Assembly: GCA_963749655.1 (NCBI GenBank) | Contig: CAVVOB010000039.1 | Coordinates: 1 to 64,000, forward strand | Source: Nitrospirota bacterium | Lineage (GTDB): Bacteria > Nitrospirota > UBA9217 | Length of the DNA stretch: 64,000 bases | Direction: 5' to 3' | In this document: positions 21,951 to 31,649 of the stretch, piece by piece | How positions within the stretch are numbered: the first letter of the stretch is position 1 | Layout: each line of letters opens with the position of its first letter | Notes under the pieces: generated by a model | Told to the model about the DNA's origin: nothing | What the model saw: the letters and a program-made list of their open reading frames with translations, nothing else | Database searches by the model: none | Made by a program: the position numbers and the translations under genes

Positions 21951-22559
21951 ATGCAGAGTCTCGAAACAGAAGACAGAAGCGGCCAGCCGCAGCCTGACAT
22001 GACCGCGCCGGCAATGAAAGGCATTTCCGCATTTTTCCCCAAGGACGCTCTCGACGTCCGCCATCCGTCGCTGATCCATTTCAGCTCCACACCGCTCTTT
22101 CGGCTTGAACGGGCGGTCGAAAAATACGCCCATCTCCTGAAGAAAAAAGACGTGGAATTTGTCGCTCCCCTCGTGAACTACTTTATCTGCAATTCGGACC
22201 ATGTCGTCTACCTCGCGGGCGACGCGGTCAGAAACCTCTATCTCCACGGCAAAAAGAAAAAATACAAGATCCTCAACATCCTGGCGATCCTGACAGGGCC
22301 TGATGTCGAAAAGTACTCCTGGATCATGAATAATATCATTTCGTCGAATGACGGGGCGTTTTCGATGGGACTGAAGTACACGGTCGGCAAGAACCGGAAG
22401 GAGGGCTGCTTCAAGGAGATCGCTTTGGCGCGGTATATCATCGAGCCGCGGCTCGAGGGCATCGAAAAGCTGTTCTACCTTTTGAGGTCCTCAACGATCG
22501 AGTTGGACCTCACGACCCAGCAGCGGTTTTCCCAGGCTTTCGGGGTCGAAGTCAGATAA
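21951..22559 (+). CDS. Hypothetical protein with a degenerate poly(A) polymerase/CCA-adding head-like segment
   Basis: VYLAGDAVRNLYL resembles YLVGGAVRDLLL; no DxD follows. Confidence 0.55.
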   Translation: MQSLETEDRSGQPQPDMTAPAMKGISAFFPKDALDVRHPSLIHFSSTPLFRLERAVEKYAHLLKKKDVEFVAPLVNYFICNSDHVVYLAGDAVRNLYLHGKKKKYKILNILAILTGPDVEKYSWIMNNIISSNDGAFSMGLKYTVGKNRKEGCFKEIALARYIIEPRLEGIEKLFYLLRSSTIELDLTTQQRFSQAFGVEVR

Positions 22560-22578
22560 ACGTCACGCGGCTAAACGG

Positions 22579-24381
22579 TCAATCCTTCAGTTTCTTCGCC
22601 ATCCGGAAAAAATCGCACTTCTCGCAGTTTTCGTACTTTTGCGCAAAGGTCCCCTGCGCTTTGCCTTCGCAGAACGTGCCGGCCACGACCCAGCAGATTT
22701 TCCCGAAGTGGGGATAGGCAGGACATTTTGCAGTTGCATCCTTGTCCCTTCCGCACTTCATGTATTCCCAGCACTTGATCTCCCCGGATTCTCCCTCGTC
22801 CTGCTGGGGGAAAAAGAGGCTGATGGTCGAGCCTCGCCCCTTTTTGCTCTCCGCCTTGACGAAACCGCCGTGTTCTTCGATGATCTTCCTCGTGATAGAA
22901 AGGCCGAGTCCGGTGCCGTGGCCCGTCCTTTTGGTCGAAAAAAAGGGCTCAAAAATAAGGGGCAGGATGTCCTCATCCATCCCCTGCCCCGTGTCGTCCA
23001 CGGTGAGGCGGACATATCTCACGCCGTGAAGGACTTCGGTGCCCGCGGTGATCGTCAGAGCGCCGCCGCCAGGCATGGCATCCAGCGCGTTGGTAACGAG
23101 ATTGGTAATCGCCTGTTTAACCTGGTCCCGATCGATGAGGACCGCCGGCAGCCCCTTTTCCACTGCCACGGAAACGGTTATGGACTGCTCGGAACAGACG
23201 GGCTCTTGTATTTGCGCGATCTCGTGCAAGAGCCCATCGACGTGGTGCTTTTCCAGATGAAACCGCGCATCCCGTGAGAAGGTGAGCACGTCCCTCAGGA
23301 TTTTTTCGAGCCGTTCTACCTCTGCGACAATGATCGCCGCGCGCTCCCGCTCCTTGTCCCCTGCGGCGCTTTTGAGGAGCCTGCGGGCAAATCCGCCGAT
23401 GGCGGTGAGCGGATTCCGTATTTCATGGGCCACATCTGCGGTCATTCGTCCCAGCGCGGCAAGCTTTTCCGCCTGGATCAGCGTGTCCTGAGATCTCTTC
23501 AGCTCCCCCGTTTTCTTTGCGACTTCCCGCTCGAGGGACTCGGTCCATGCCTCCATTTTTTCCCTCGCCGATCCGAGTTCCTGGCTCATGTCGTTGAAGG
23601 CACGGACGAGTTGTCCGATTTCGTCATCCGACGACGCGGATACGGTTCGGCCGAGGTCTCCCTGCGCGAGAGTCCCCATGGCGTCAGAGAGGGTGGTAAC
23701 CGGCTTCAGCACGAATTTACGGAGGATGACGGAGAGAGTGACGGCAATCGCTCCCATCAGGAGGAAGGCATAGATCGTCGTATGTACGGCCTGTTCGCGG
23801 ATGTCCCGATCTACTGCGGCAAGGGAAAAATCGACTTCCAGAATGCCGAGCACCCTCTGGCCGGAATCATGGAAATGACAGGAGGACCGCGAGCAGTTAG
23901 GTTCGTTATAGACCGGGTCCACGAACGTCAGCATGTTGTAGCCGCTCATCCCGGGATAGGTTGTCCATTGACTCCCTGTGACGAGCGTTTCGGAAGGGCT
24001 GCCCGTAGCGGCGTGGCAGCCGACACAGGCTCGTGCTCCCCGATCGACCTGCCGTCCGATCTCCTCCCGTCGTGATGAATAAACAATGACGCCCCTGTCA
24101 TTGAACAGCTTGATGCCCTTGATATCCCGAACGGAGGTGAGGTCGTCAATGGTCTGCTGAATGGCCTCCCTGTTGTAGGTAAGCATTCCGTATCGAGTGC
24201 TTTTTTTGACGAGATCGGAATAGGAAGCGGCGTCCTTGACCGCTTCATGTACGAGGTTTTCCCTGTCTGTTCGGATCAGGGTATACCACGATATGCCCCC
24301 TCCGATCACGATGAGGGACACGAGGGTTATAATCAGCTTCGCGGCAAGGGATCGGGATATGAAGGCGAGATATCGGGTCAT
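22579..24381 (-). CDS. Sensor histidine kinase with periplasmic heme-c motif, HAMP, HisKA/HATPase and a Cys-rich C-terminal domain
   Basis: CVGCH; DEIGQLVRAFN; AHEIRNPL; NALDAM; GTGLGL; CWEYMKC..CPAY..CWVVAGTFC. Confidence 0.92.
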   Translation of the reverse strand: MTRYLAFISRSLAAKLIITLVSLIVIGGGISWYTLIRTDRENLVHEAVKDAASYSDLVKKSTRYGMLTYNREAIQQTIDDLTSVRDIKGIKLFNDRGVIVYSSRREEIGRQVDRGARACVGCHAATGSPSETLVTGSQWTTYPGMSGYNMLTFVDPVYNEPNCSRSSCHFHDSGQRVLGILEVDFSLAAVDRDIREQAVHTTIYAFLLMGAIAVTLSVILRKFVLKPVTTLSDAMGTLAQGDLGRTVSASSDDEIGQLVRAFNDMSQELGSAREKMEAWTESLEREVAKKTGELKRSQDTLIQAEKLAALGRMTADVAHEIRNPLTAIGGFARRLLKSAAGDKERERAAIIVAEVERLEKILRDVLTFSRDARFHLEKHHVDGLLHEIAQIQEPVCSEQSITVSVAVEKGLPAVLIDRDQVKQAITNLVTNALDAMPGGGALTITAGTEVLHGVRYVRLTVDDTGQGMDEDILPLIFEPFFSTKRTGHGTGLGLSITRKIIEEHGGFVKAESKKGRGSTISLFFPQQDEGESGEIKCWEYMKCGRDKDATAKCPAYPHFGKICWVVAGTFCEGKAQGTFAQKYENCEKCDFFRMAKKLKD

Positions 24382-24598
24382 GGCGCAACCGCCGGCAATG
24401 CAACGGAACGACATGACATTTTACCTTAAACTACAGGGAAAAGCATCCGGAGAATGACTGTTTTATTCGTCTCCGGCCGGAAAAAACGGAGGAGATGTTT
24501 TGCCTCCTCCACCCACGCCGCAACAGATCAATATGGAAAAATCCTGCCACAGAAAAGAACAGGTCTGTTCTTCCGAAACCTCCGGTGGTCAATCGTCG

Positions 24599-26833
24599 TC
24601 ACGTCCTGTTCTTCATAAACGCTTTCTGCAACGTGTTCAAATCCGTCTGCGGCTTCGGCTGCTGTTTTACCTGCCGCTCCTGCGTCCCTGACTTCTCCGG
24701 GTTCTTTTTCAAGGACAGCGAAATCCTCTTCCGCTGCACGTCCACGTCAAGCACCGTTGCCGTGACTTTTTGATGCACTTTCACCGCCTCGTTCGGGTCC
24801 TTGATATAGCGGTCCGAAAGCTGGCTGAGGTGAGCGAGGCCGTCCTGGTGCACGCCGATGTCGATGAAGGCGCCGAAGGCGGTGATATTCGTCACGATGC
24901 CCGGGAGTTTCATGCCGGGCTTCACGTCCTCTATTTTCTCCACGCCCTCGGTAAAGCTGAAGGCCTCGAACTGTTCGCGCGGGTCGCGGCCGGGTTTGGC
25001 AAGCTCGGCAATGATGTCCTTGAGCGTGGGCAGGCCGACCTTATCGGTCACGTACTTTTTCAGGTCGATCTTTTTGCGCAGTTCTTCCCTCCCCATGAGG
25101 TCGCGGACCGTGCAGTTCAGGTCCCGCGCCATGGCGTCGACGATGGGATAGCTTTCGGGATGGACGGCGCTTGCGTCGAGAGGATCAGCCCCGTCACGGA
25201 TGCGCAGGAACCCTGCCGCCTGCTCGAAGGTCTTGGGACCGAGTTTGGGGACCTTGGTCAGGTCCTTGCGGGAATGAAAAGGACCGTTCGCATTGCGGTG
25301 TTCTACGATATTACCCGCCAGCTGCGGCCCGAGACCGGACACGTACGTGAGGAGCTCTTTGCTCGCCGTATTGACCTCGACGCCGACGGCGTTCACGCAG
25401 TGTACGACCGTATCGTCAAGGCTCCGCTTGAGCGCGGTCTGGTCCACGTCATGCTGGTACTGGCCCACCCCGATGGACTTGGGATCGATCTTGACGAGTT
25501 CGGCAAGGGGGTCCATCAGTCTCCGTCCGATAGAGACAGCACCTCTGACCGTCACGTCGCGATCTGGAAATTCCTCGCGCGCCACATCGGAAGCCGAATA
25601 GACAGAAGCCCCGCTTTCGCTCACCATCACGATCTGAAGGGATGCCGGTAGGCCGAGCTGGCGCACGAAGGTCTCGGTCTCGCGGCCGGCCGTGCCGTTT
25701 CCGATGGCGATGGCTTCGATGTGGAACTTTTTGCAGAGATCGATAATCTTCGTACCCGCCTCGTCCACTTTCTTTTCCGAAAAATGGGGGAAAATGGTGT
25801 CATTGTGAAGGAGCTTCCCCTGCCTGTCCACGCACACGACTTTGCAGCCGGTGCGAAAACCGGGGTCAATGGCAAGAACGTTCTTCTGTCCCAATGGCGG
25901 CGACAGCAGAAGCTGCCTCAGGTTTTCCACGAACACGCGAATAGCCTCGGCGTCGGCGCGCTCCTTTGTCGCAAGGCGGACCTCCGTTTCCATGGAGAGC
26001 GAAAGGAGCCGTTTGTAACAATCATGGACCGCGAGCTTGACCTGCTGCGAGGCCGGATTATCTCCCTTGATAAACAACGATTCGAGCAGCGCCAGGGCCT
26101 CTTCCTCGGGCGGGGCGACGCGCATGATCAGGAAGCCTTCCTTTTCGCCCCTTCGCATGGCCAGGATGCGATGGGACGGCGCGCCCGCAACGGGCTCCTG
26201 CCAGCCGTAATAATCCTTGTACTTGATCCCTTCTTCTTCCTTGCCGGTCATGATCCTGGCCTTGAACTGGCCCCGGGAGGCGTACAGCTCGCGCATCTTT
26301 GAACGGCCGACCTGGTCCTCGTTCATCCATTCCGCGATGATGTCCCTCGCACCTGACAGGGCATCGTCGCCGGACTCGACGCCTTTTTCCTTGTCGATGA
26401 AGGCGGCTGCTTCCGCCGCAGGATCGATCCCCGCTTCCTGTGAAAACAAACGCAGCGCCAAAGGCTCCAGCCCCTTCTCCCGCGCAATCATTGTCCGGGT
26501 GCGCCGCTTCGGACGATAGGGAAGGTAAATGTCCTCGAGCACCGTCATGTTCGGCGCGGCAAGGACCTTTTCCTTGAGTTCATCAGTGAGTTTGCCCGTT
26601 TCCTCAAGCGATTTCAGGATCGCCTCGCGCCGCTTGTCGAGCTCGCGCAGCTGTGCGAGACGGTCGCGGATTGCGGTCACGGCGACTTCGTCGAGCGAGC
26701 CTGTGGCCTCCTTGCGGTAACGGGAAATAAAGGGGACAGTCGCGCCTTCATCGAGCAGCGCTGCGCAAGCCTGCACCTGTTTTTCCGTGAGGGAAAGTTC
26801 TTGCGCGATTATCTGGATATGTCCGGTTGTCAT
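24599..26833 (-). CDS. tex: Tex family RNA-binding transcriptional accessory protein
   Basis: GATVPFISRYRKEATG, IDPGFRTGCK, IGVGQYQHD, C-terminal S1 domain. Confidence 0.96.
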   Translation of the reverse strand: MTTGHIQIIAQELSLTEKQVQACAALLDEGATVPFISRYRKEATGSLDEVAVTAIRDRLAQLRELDKRREAILKSLEETGKLTDELKEKVLAAPNMTVLEDIYLPYRPKRRTRTMIAREKGLEPLALRLFSQEAGIDPAAEAAAFIDKEKGVESGDDALSGARDIIAEWMNEDQVGRSKMRELYASRGQFKARIMTGKEEEGIKYKDYYGWQEPVAGAPSHRILAMRRGEKEGFLIMRVAPPEEEALALLESLFIKGDNPASQQVKLAVHDCYKRLLSLSMETEVRLATKERADAEAIRVFVENLRQLLLSPPLGQKNVLAIDPGFRTGCKVVCVDRQGKLLHNDTIFPHFSEKKVDEAGTKIIDLCKKFHIEAIAIGNGTAGRETETFVRQLGLPASLQIVMVSESGASVYSASDVAREEFPDRDVTVRGAVSIGRRLMDPLAELVKIDPKSIGVGQYQHDVDQTALKRSLDDTVVHCVNAVGVEVNTASKELLTYVSGLGPQLAGNIVEHRNANGPFHSRKDLTKVPKLGPKTFEQAAGFLRIRDGADPLDASAVHPESYPIVDAMARDLNCTVRDLMGREELRKKIDLKKYVTDKVGLPTLKDIIAELAKPGRDPREQFEAFSFTEGVEKIEDVKPGMKLPGIVTNITAFGAFIDIGVHQDGLAHLSQLSDRYIKDPNEAVKVHQKVTATVLDVDVQRKRISLSLKKNPEKSGTQERQVKQQPKPQTDLNTLQKAFMKNRT

Positions 26834-26932
26834 TGAGAGCCCTTCTTCCTGGAGAGATGAGGCGGTATACTATCAAAAGCCGGGGCAGATGTAAAGGATG
26901 GAGTGGGCGGGAACGGGATGTGCTGTGCGGCG

Positions 26933-27961
26933 CTACTTCTTCGTGAACAGAAACTCGCCCACATAGAGCAGCAGCAGGATGAACCATCCCCCGAGGATGA
27001 TGAATTCCAACGTAGCGCGATAGGATACGCTGAAATTCTCCGTCGCCATGGTATAAACATCTTCGAGGGTATCGAGTTTTTCCTTGATCTCCGCCTTCCA
27101 GCTGTCGAGGTGAAATTTCTTTGAGATGAGCGAATACAGTTTCGCGGAATACCAGTCCCCGATCAGCTTGATGTTCCGCTCAACCGCCTCCGATTCCAGT
27201 ATGGATTGCGTCCTGATCTCGATGATCTCCCTGAGGACCCCCCTTACCTCGCCAGTAGGGAAAAAAGGGAGTTTCTTAGGGGCCCGGACCAGCCGCAGCG
27301 TCCGCTCAAGACGTTCATCGAGATCGTAGTCGAGGATCCTCGATTTGAGAAGCTGGAGGTTGGCAATCTCGAACAGCTCGATATTGCTGTCAAAGTCGCC
27401 GGCTGAATCGAAGATAAAAGCGCCGTCCCAATCAACGATCGTGATGTCATCTTTTCCATATTTCAGATAGGACGATAGCGTAGAACGGACCTCTTCTTCG
27501 TCGAGAGATATTCTTTCGTTCTTGAGGAAGGCCGCTATCTTGTCCCCGTAGAGAGAAAGGTATACTTCGGGATCTCCGGTGTACCCTGCTATACAATATA
27601 CGCTGTACTCTTCATCAAACAGCGGGTCGCAGCCGAATGTCCCCAGGATCTTCCTGCATTCGCTGATAAGAGAACGCTTGAGCTCAAGGGTCGTGTCGGA
27701 CAGGATGTCGTCCATATCCAATGAAGCTTCAATGACAACGACGTCCGGTAAATACGCCTTTGCAACGAAACCAACCTCTACCCCATCGACCTGATGCCTT
27801 TCTACTTTTATGATTTTCTGCTTCGGAATGACGTCCGGGTAGCTCGGGGCGCTCTTGACGGTCTTGATCTCCACTACGTTAGAGGCCTCGAGGTTCATGC
27901 TGGTTTCGCCGAAGAGGAATACCACGAGTTTTCCGGGGATTGACTTTATTTCTGGCTCCAT
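26933..27961 (-). CDS. Hypothetical protein, RMD1/CorA-like helical bundle with a C-terminal TM helix
   Basis: IVDWDGAFI, ELFEIANLQLL..YD..LD, IGDWYSAKLY, LEFIIL tail. Confidence 0.65.
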   Translation of the reverse strand: MEPEIKSIPGKLVVFLFGETSMNLEASNVVEIKTVKSAPSYPDVIPKQKIIKVERHQVDGVEVGFVAKAYLPDVVVIEASLDMDDILSDTTLELKRSLISECRKILGTFGCDPLFDEEYSVYCIAGYTGDPEVYLSLYGDKIAAFLKNERISLDEEEVRSTLSSYLKYGKDDITIVDWDGAFIFDSAGDFDSNIELFEIANLQLLKSRILDYDLDERLERTLRLVRAPKKLPFFPTGEVRGVLREIIEIRTQSILESEAVERNIKLIGDWYSAKLYSLISKKFHLDSWKAEIKEKLDTLEDVYTMATENFSVSYRATLEFIILGGWFILLLLYVGEFLFTKK

Positions 27962-28045
27962 ATCATGCTCCTTGGTGTCGATACGGGCGAGGTTGTGCGC
28001 AGACATTGCGGACAGCTGATCAATGAAAGATGTGATCTACTATAA

Positions 28046-28552
28046 TTATAGCTCTTCAGAAACTTCAGGGGAATAAGGAAATGTCTCAGCGGTGAGGGCC
28101 TGATACGCAAAAACGACCAGGGAGACGAGACCCCATGCCAGACCGACCACCACCCCGCCGTCGATGATCCCGCGCCACGGCTGGCTCAGAAGGCGCACGA
28201 GGATGACCAGAACGATAATGCCGAGCGTAACGGATATCGAGGTAATCTGCCTCCGGCGCTGCGCGTGGAAATAAGCCATGCAAAAAAGGGGAGCGAGAAG
28301 CGCATGAGCCACGCTGGGATGGTCACGAAGATACCGGGCACGGGCGGCAACACGGGGAGAGAATGCCTGCTGGAACGCACGGTACCCCTCGACATAGGCC
28401 ATGAAGAAAACAACGACGATGAGGGCAAGCCAGTGATACCAGAGAAAATTGTACGACAAGGCATCCATAGCCAGCGGCGTCAGCCGGTATATGGCGCTGC
28501 CGAGCAAAAGCAAGACTCCTGCGAGACCCCAGATCGCACCGAAACGTCCCAT
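28046..28552 (-). CDS. Hypothetical membrane protein
   Basis: 168 aa, about 4 TM helices, RBS GGAGG. Confidence 0.75.
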   Translation of the reverse strand: MGRFGAIWGLAGVLLLLGSAIYRLTPLAMDALSYNFLWYHWLALIVVVFFMAYVEGYRAFQQAFSPRVAARARYLRDHPSVAHALLAPLFCMAYFHAQRRRQITSISVTLGIIVLVILVRLLSQPWRGIIDGGVVVGLAWGLVSLVVFAYQALTAETFPYSPEVSEEL

Positions 28553-28836
28553 CTAACCGCCTCCAGAAAAAAGAATCACCGGTTTAGGACGTTCACGGAA
28601 GAACCGCCGTCCCTTTGATCAAAGGCACAGAGAAAGAACTCCCGTCCAGAATGATCATTTCGAATGTTTTTCACGGGCGAGGGTCAATCAAGATATCGCG
28701 GATTTCCGGAGCAAGCGGCAACCGGCAGATCGATGAGTAAGACAACAACCGGAGGATTCACCGGAAGACCGGTCGCTGCCGGGTCAGGCAGCGGGGCGGC
28801 CTCCAGCCCCCGGTTTGCGCCCGCGGATCGATACGG

Positions 28837-29154
28837 TTACTTATGGCACTTTGCGCAATTCTTGGGGTCTTTCACATCAAAGGATTTCTGGCCGTTATGG
28901 CACTTTCCGCAAAAATCACCTTTTGTCATCTTGCTCATGTCCATTTTATACGAACCCTGAGTCATCTGGAACACATGGTAATGACACCCCGTGCATTTGA
29001 GTCCCTTGACCGTAACATGGGTGTTGTGACTGAACACCACCGGGCTTGCCCCTTTGGGCGAAAACGTGAGATCCCCGCCGCCGACCTTCTGTGCGAATAC
29101 GATTGCAGGCGCCATAAGACACACAAGAATACTGAAGACAATAACCTTTCTCAT
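28837..29154 (-). CDS. Periplasmic triheme c7-type cytochrome
   Basis: Signal peptide, VVFSHNTH, three CxxCH motifs (CTGCH, CGKCH, CAKCH). Confidence 0.92.
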   Translation of the reverse strand: MRKVIVFSILVCLMAPAIVFAQKVGGGDLTFSPKGASPVVFSHNTHVTVKGLKCTGCHYHVFQMTQGSYKMDMSKMTKGDFCGKCHNGQKSFDVKDPKNCAKCHK

Positions 29155-29456
29155 TTCTCCCCCCTCCTTGAATGAGCAGATTCATCCCTGTTTTGTCCGG
29201 ATTATATCAGAAATCGATTTGTCTTGTCACACATAATCTTGCTTGACGGGTTCATTTTTCAATGCACACAATGTTACAATCTTCGCGGCCGACCCTGAAG
29301 TCCTCCAGGTGACTTTCAGCAGCATTCCTGCACGTGACCTTACCGGCATGAACCAGCCGCGTAGAATTGTTCCCAGTGGCACAGCTCCACGATCTACAGT
29401 CGTTAATGCACAGGAAGCTGTCACAAAAATAAAATAATCAGGTATTCAGGGAATGA

Positions 29457-29969
29457 TCACAGCCCGCCGATGGCCTTCAAAATACCCTGGAGCAGGGCTG
29501 TCGGCGTCGGAGGGCAGCCGGGAATGCGCGCGTTAACGGGCAGAACCTTGTCGATGCCGCCGAGTGATGCATAGCTCTCGCCGAAAATGCCTCCGGTGCA
29601 GCCGCAGTCGCCGACTGCGACCACGAGCTTGGGAGCGGGTGTTGCATCATAGGTTCTTCGAAGCGCTATTTCCATGTTATGAGACACCGGGCCGGTAACG
29701 AGCAGCATGTCGGCAAAGCGCGGAGATGCCGTAAAGTGGATACCGAAGCGTTCGCAGTTGTAAAAAGGGTTGTTGATCGCATGGATCTCGAGTTCACAGG
29801 CATTGCAGGACCCGGCATCGACCTGGCGGATGGCGAGGCTTCTGCGGAACCGGCGCCTGATCACTTCCTCGAGCTGCACGCCGATCTTTTCTATTTCAGG
29901 ATCAATCACGGCCGCGAGCTCTTCCGTGACGATGCCTGTGCGGAAAATCTGTTTAAGGATGCGGATCAT
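29457..29969 (-). CDS. Ehr module 1 small Fe-S subunit (HycG/NuoB-like)
   Basis: DAGSCNACELE, SPRFADMLLVTGPV, GDCG, PGCPPTP. Confidence 0.92.
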   Translation of the reverse strand: MIRILKQIFRTGIVTEELAAVIDPEIEKIGVQLEEVIRRRFRRSLAIRQVDAGSCNACELEIHAINNPFYNCERFGIHFTASPRFADMLLVTGPVSHNMEIALRRTYDATPAPKLVVAVGDCGCTGGIFGESYASLGGIDKVLPVNARIPGCPPTPTALLQGILKAIGGL

Positions 29970-30077
29970 GTGCCCCCCGAAAGGATGCAAAGGTAACCAC
30001 GGATGAACACGGTTAAATCTACCTGTCGTTTAACGGTGTTTATCCGTGTGCGCGAAGCGCCCGTGGTTTACACGCTT

Positions 30078-31649
30078 TTACAAATCATTCCCCGAATAGG
30101 ACTGGTTGAAACTTTTATTGCACACGGGAAAGTCCGGCACGATATTTCCGTGGATGCATTGTTCCAGCCCCAGCCAGTTCACGCTCGACGGGTCCCTGAC
30201 CATGCAGCGGTTGATCTCGCTCCGCGGACCCGCCTGGACCCAGTAGATGATTTCTCCCCGCCACCCTTCGACTGCGGCGAAACCGGACCGGTCCGGCGCC
30301 GGCTGTCCGAGAGGGCTCTGCAGCTTGCCCGGAGGAAGGGTCTTCAGAATCTCCCTGATGATGCGAATGGAGTCCCTCACCTCTTCAACCCTGACCCACG
30401 CCCGGGCATGGACGTCGCCGGAAACGAGGATGGGAATACTCACGGATATGCGGTCGTAGGGCGGAAAGGGATGCTGGATGCGGCAGTCCAGGTTCATACC
30501 GCTGGCCCTCGCAACGAAACCAACGACCCCGAGGTCGCGGGCTTTTTCGGATTTCAGTATTCCTGTGTCCCTGACCCGGTCTTCGACCGATGCATTTTCG
30601 TCATAGATCAGGACCAGCCGCTCGAATTCCCGCGTCAGCCAATCCAGCTCTGCAAGGATATCCTCTATGCCGCGGGCATCGATGTCGACGGCCGTGCCGC
30701 CGGGAATGATGCAATCCATCATGAACCGGTGGCCGAAAAGCTTCAGGTTGGTGCGCAGGAGAATCTCCTTCAGGCGATGGAACTGATACAAGAGGATCGC
30801 GAAGGCCACGTCGTTGCAGATGGCGCCGAGATCACCGAGGTGGTTCGCGATGCGTTCCCGTTCGAGGAAGAGCGCCCGCAGCCACATCGCCCGGTCAGGC
30901 ACAATACACCCCGTAAGCGCCTCCGCCGCCTGGCAGTATGCCAGAGTATGGGCGACCGTCGTGTCCCCGGACACGCGCCCGGCAAGTCTCGACGCGTCCT
31001 GCCAGGTCAGAGCTTCGAACCGCTTCTCGATCCCCTTATGCACGTAACCAAGTCGCTCCTCAAGATTCAGGATATCCTCACCCATGGCCTGGAACCGAAA
31101 ATGGCCCGGCTCGATGATACCGGCATGGACCGGGCCCACCGCTATTTCGTAAACGCCCTCGCCTTCGGCCCGGATCCAGCGGTATTCGCCGGGAACACGC
31201 TCCAGCTTTTTGCTTCCGGGAAAGGACTTTCTGAGCGGCCAGGCATCTGCGGGCCAGTCCTCATGTTTTATCCACGGGCGCTGGTCGGGAATGCCGACGG
31301 GCGTCAGGCCCATAAGGCTCTGGATCTGGCGCTCGAACCGGTAGGCAGCGACGAATTTTTTTGTCAGGCTCGGGAAAGTCGGATCATTAACCGGAACCTC
31401 GGTTTTGACGATCAGATATTCCCGCTCCCTCCGGTAGCAGGCATGGATGGTGAAGCCCCGGTTGAACGCTGTCTCATCGGAGGCCCATTCCGCGGCAAGG
31501 AGGGCGTATTCCCGTTTGAGCGCAGCAGCTGCCTCGGCAAAGCGGGGGCGGGGGACCGCGACGCACATGACCGTGGAGGGCGCCAGGGTGTCGTCCTCGC
31601 GCGCTTCGGGGCCGAAAAGATTCATGATGAAGTTTTTCAGTCTGATCAT
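30078..31649 (-). CDS. Ehr module 1 large subunit (HycE/NuoCD-like, no NiFe CxxC ligands)
   Basis: GPVHAGIIEPGHFRF, GYVHKGIE, GRVSGD in place of RxCGxC, C-terminal DFPVCNKSFNQSYSGNDL. Confidence 0.92.
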   Translation of the reverse strand: MIRLKNFIMNLFGPEAREDDTLAPSTVMCVAVPRPRFAEAAAALKREYALLAAEWASDETAFNRGFTIHACYRREREYLIVKTEVPVNDPTFPSLTKKFVAAYRFERQIQSLMGLTPVGIPDQRPWIKHEDWPADAWPLRKSFPGSKKLERVPGEYRWIRAEGEGVYEIAVGPVHAGIIEPGHFRFQAMGEDILNLEERLGYVHKGIEKRFEALTWQDASRLAGRVSGDTTVAHTLAYCQAAEALTGCIVPDRAMWLRALFLERERIANHLGDLGAICNDVAFAILLYQFHRLKEILLRTNLKLFGHRFMMDCIIPGGTAVDIDARGIEDILAELDWLTREFERLVLIYDENASVEDRVRDTGILKSEKARDLGVVGFVARASGMNLDCRIQHPFPPYDRISVSIPILVSGDVHARAWVRVEEVRDSIRIIREILKTLPPGKLQSPLGQPAPDRSGFAAVEGWRGEIIYWVQAGPRSEINRCMVRDPSSVNWLGLEQCIHGNIVPDFPVCNKSFNQSYSGNDL

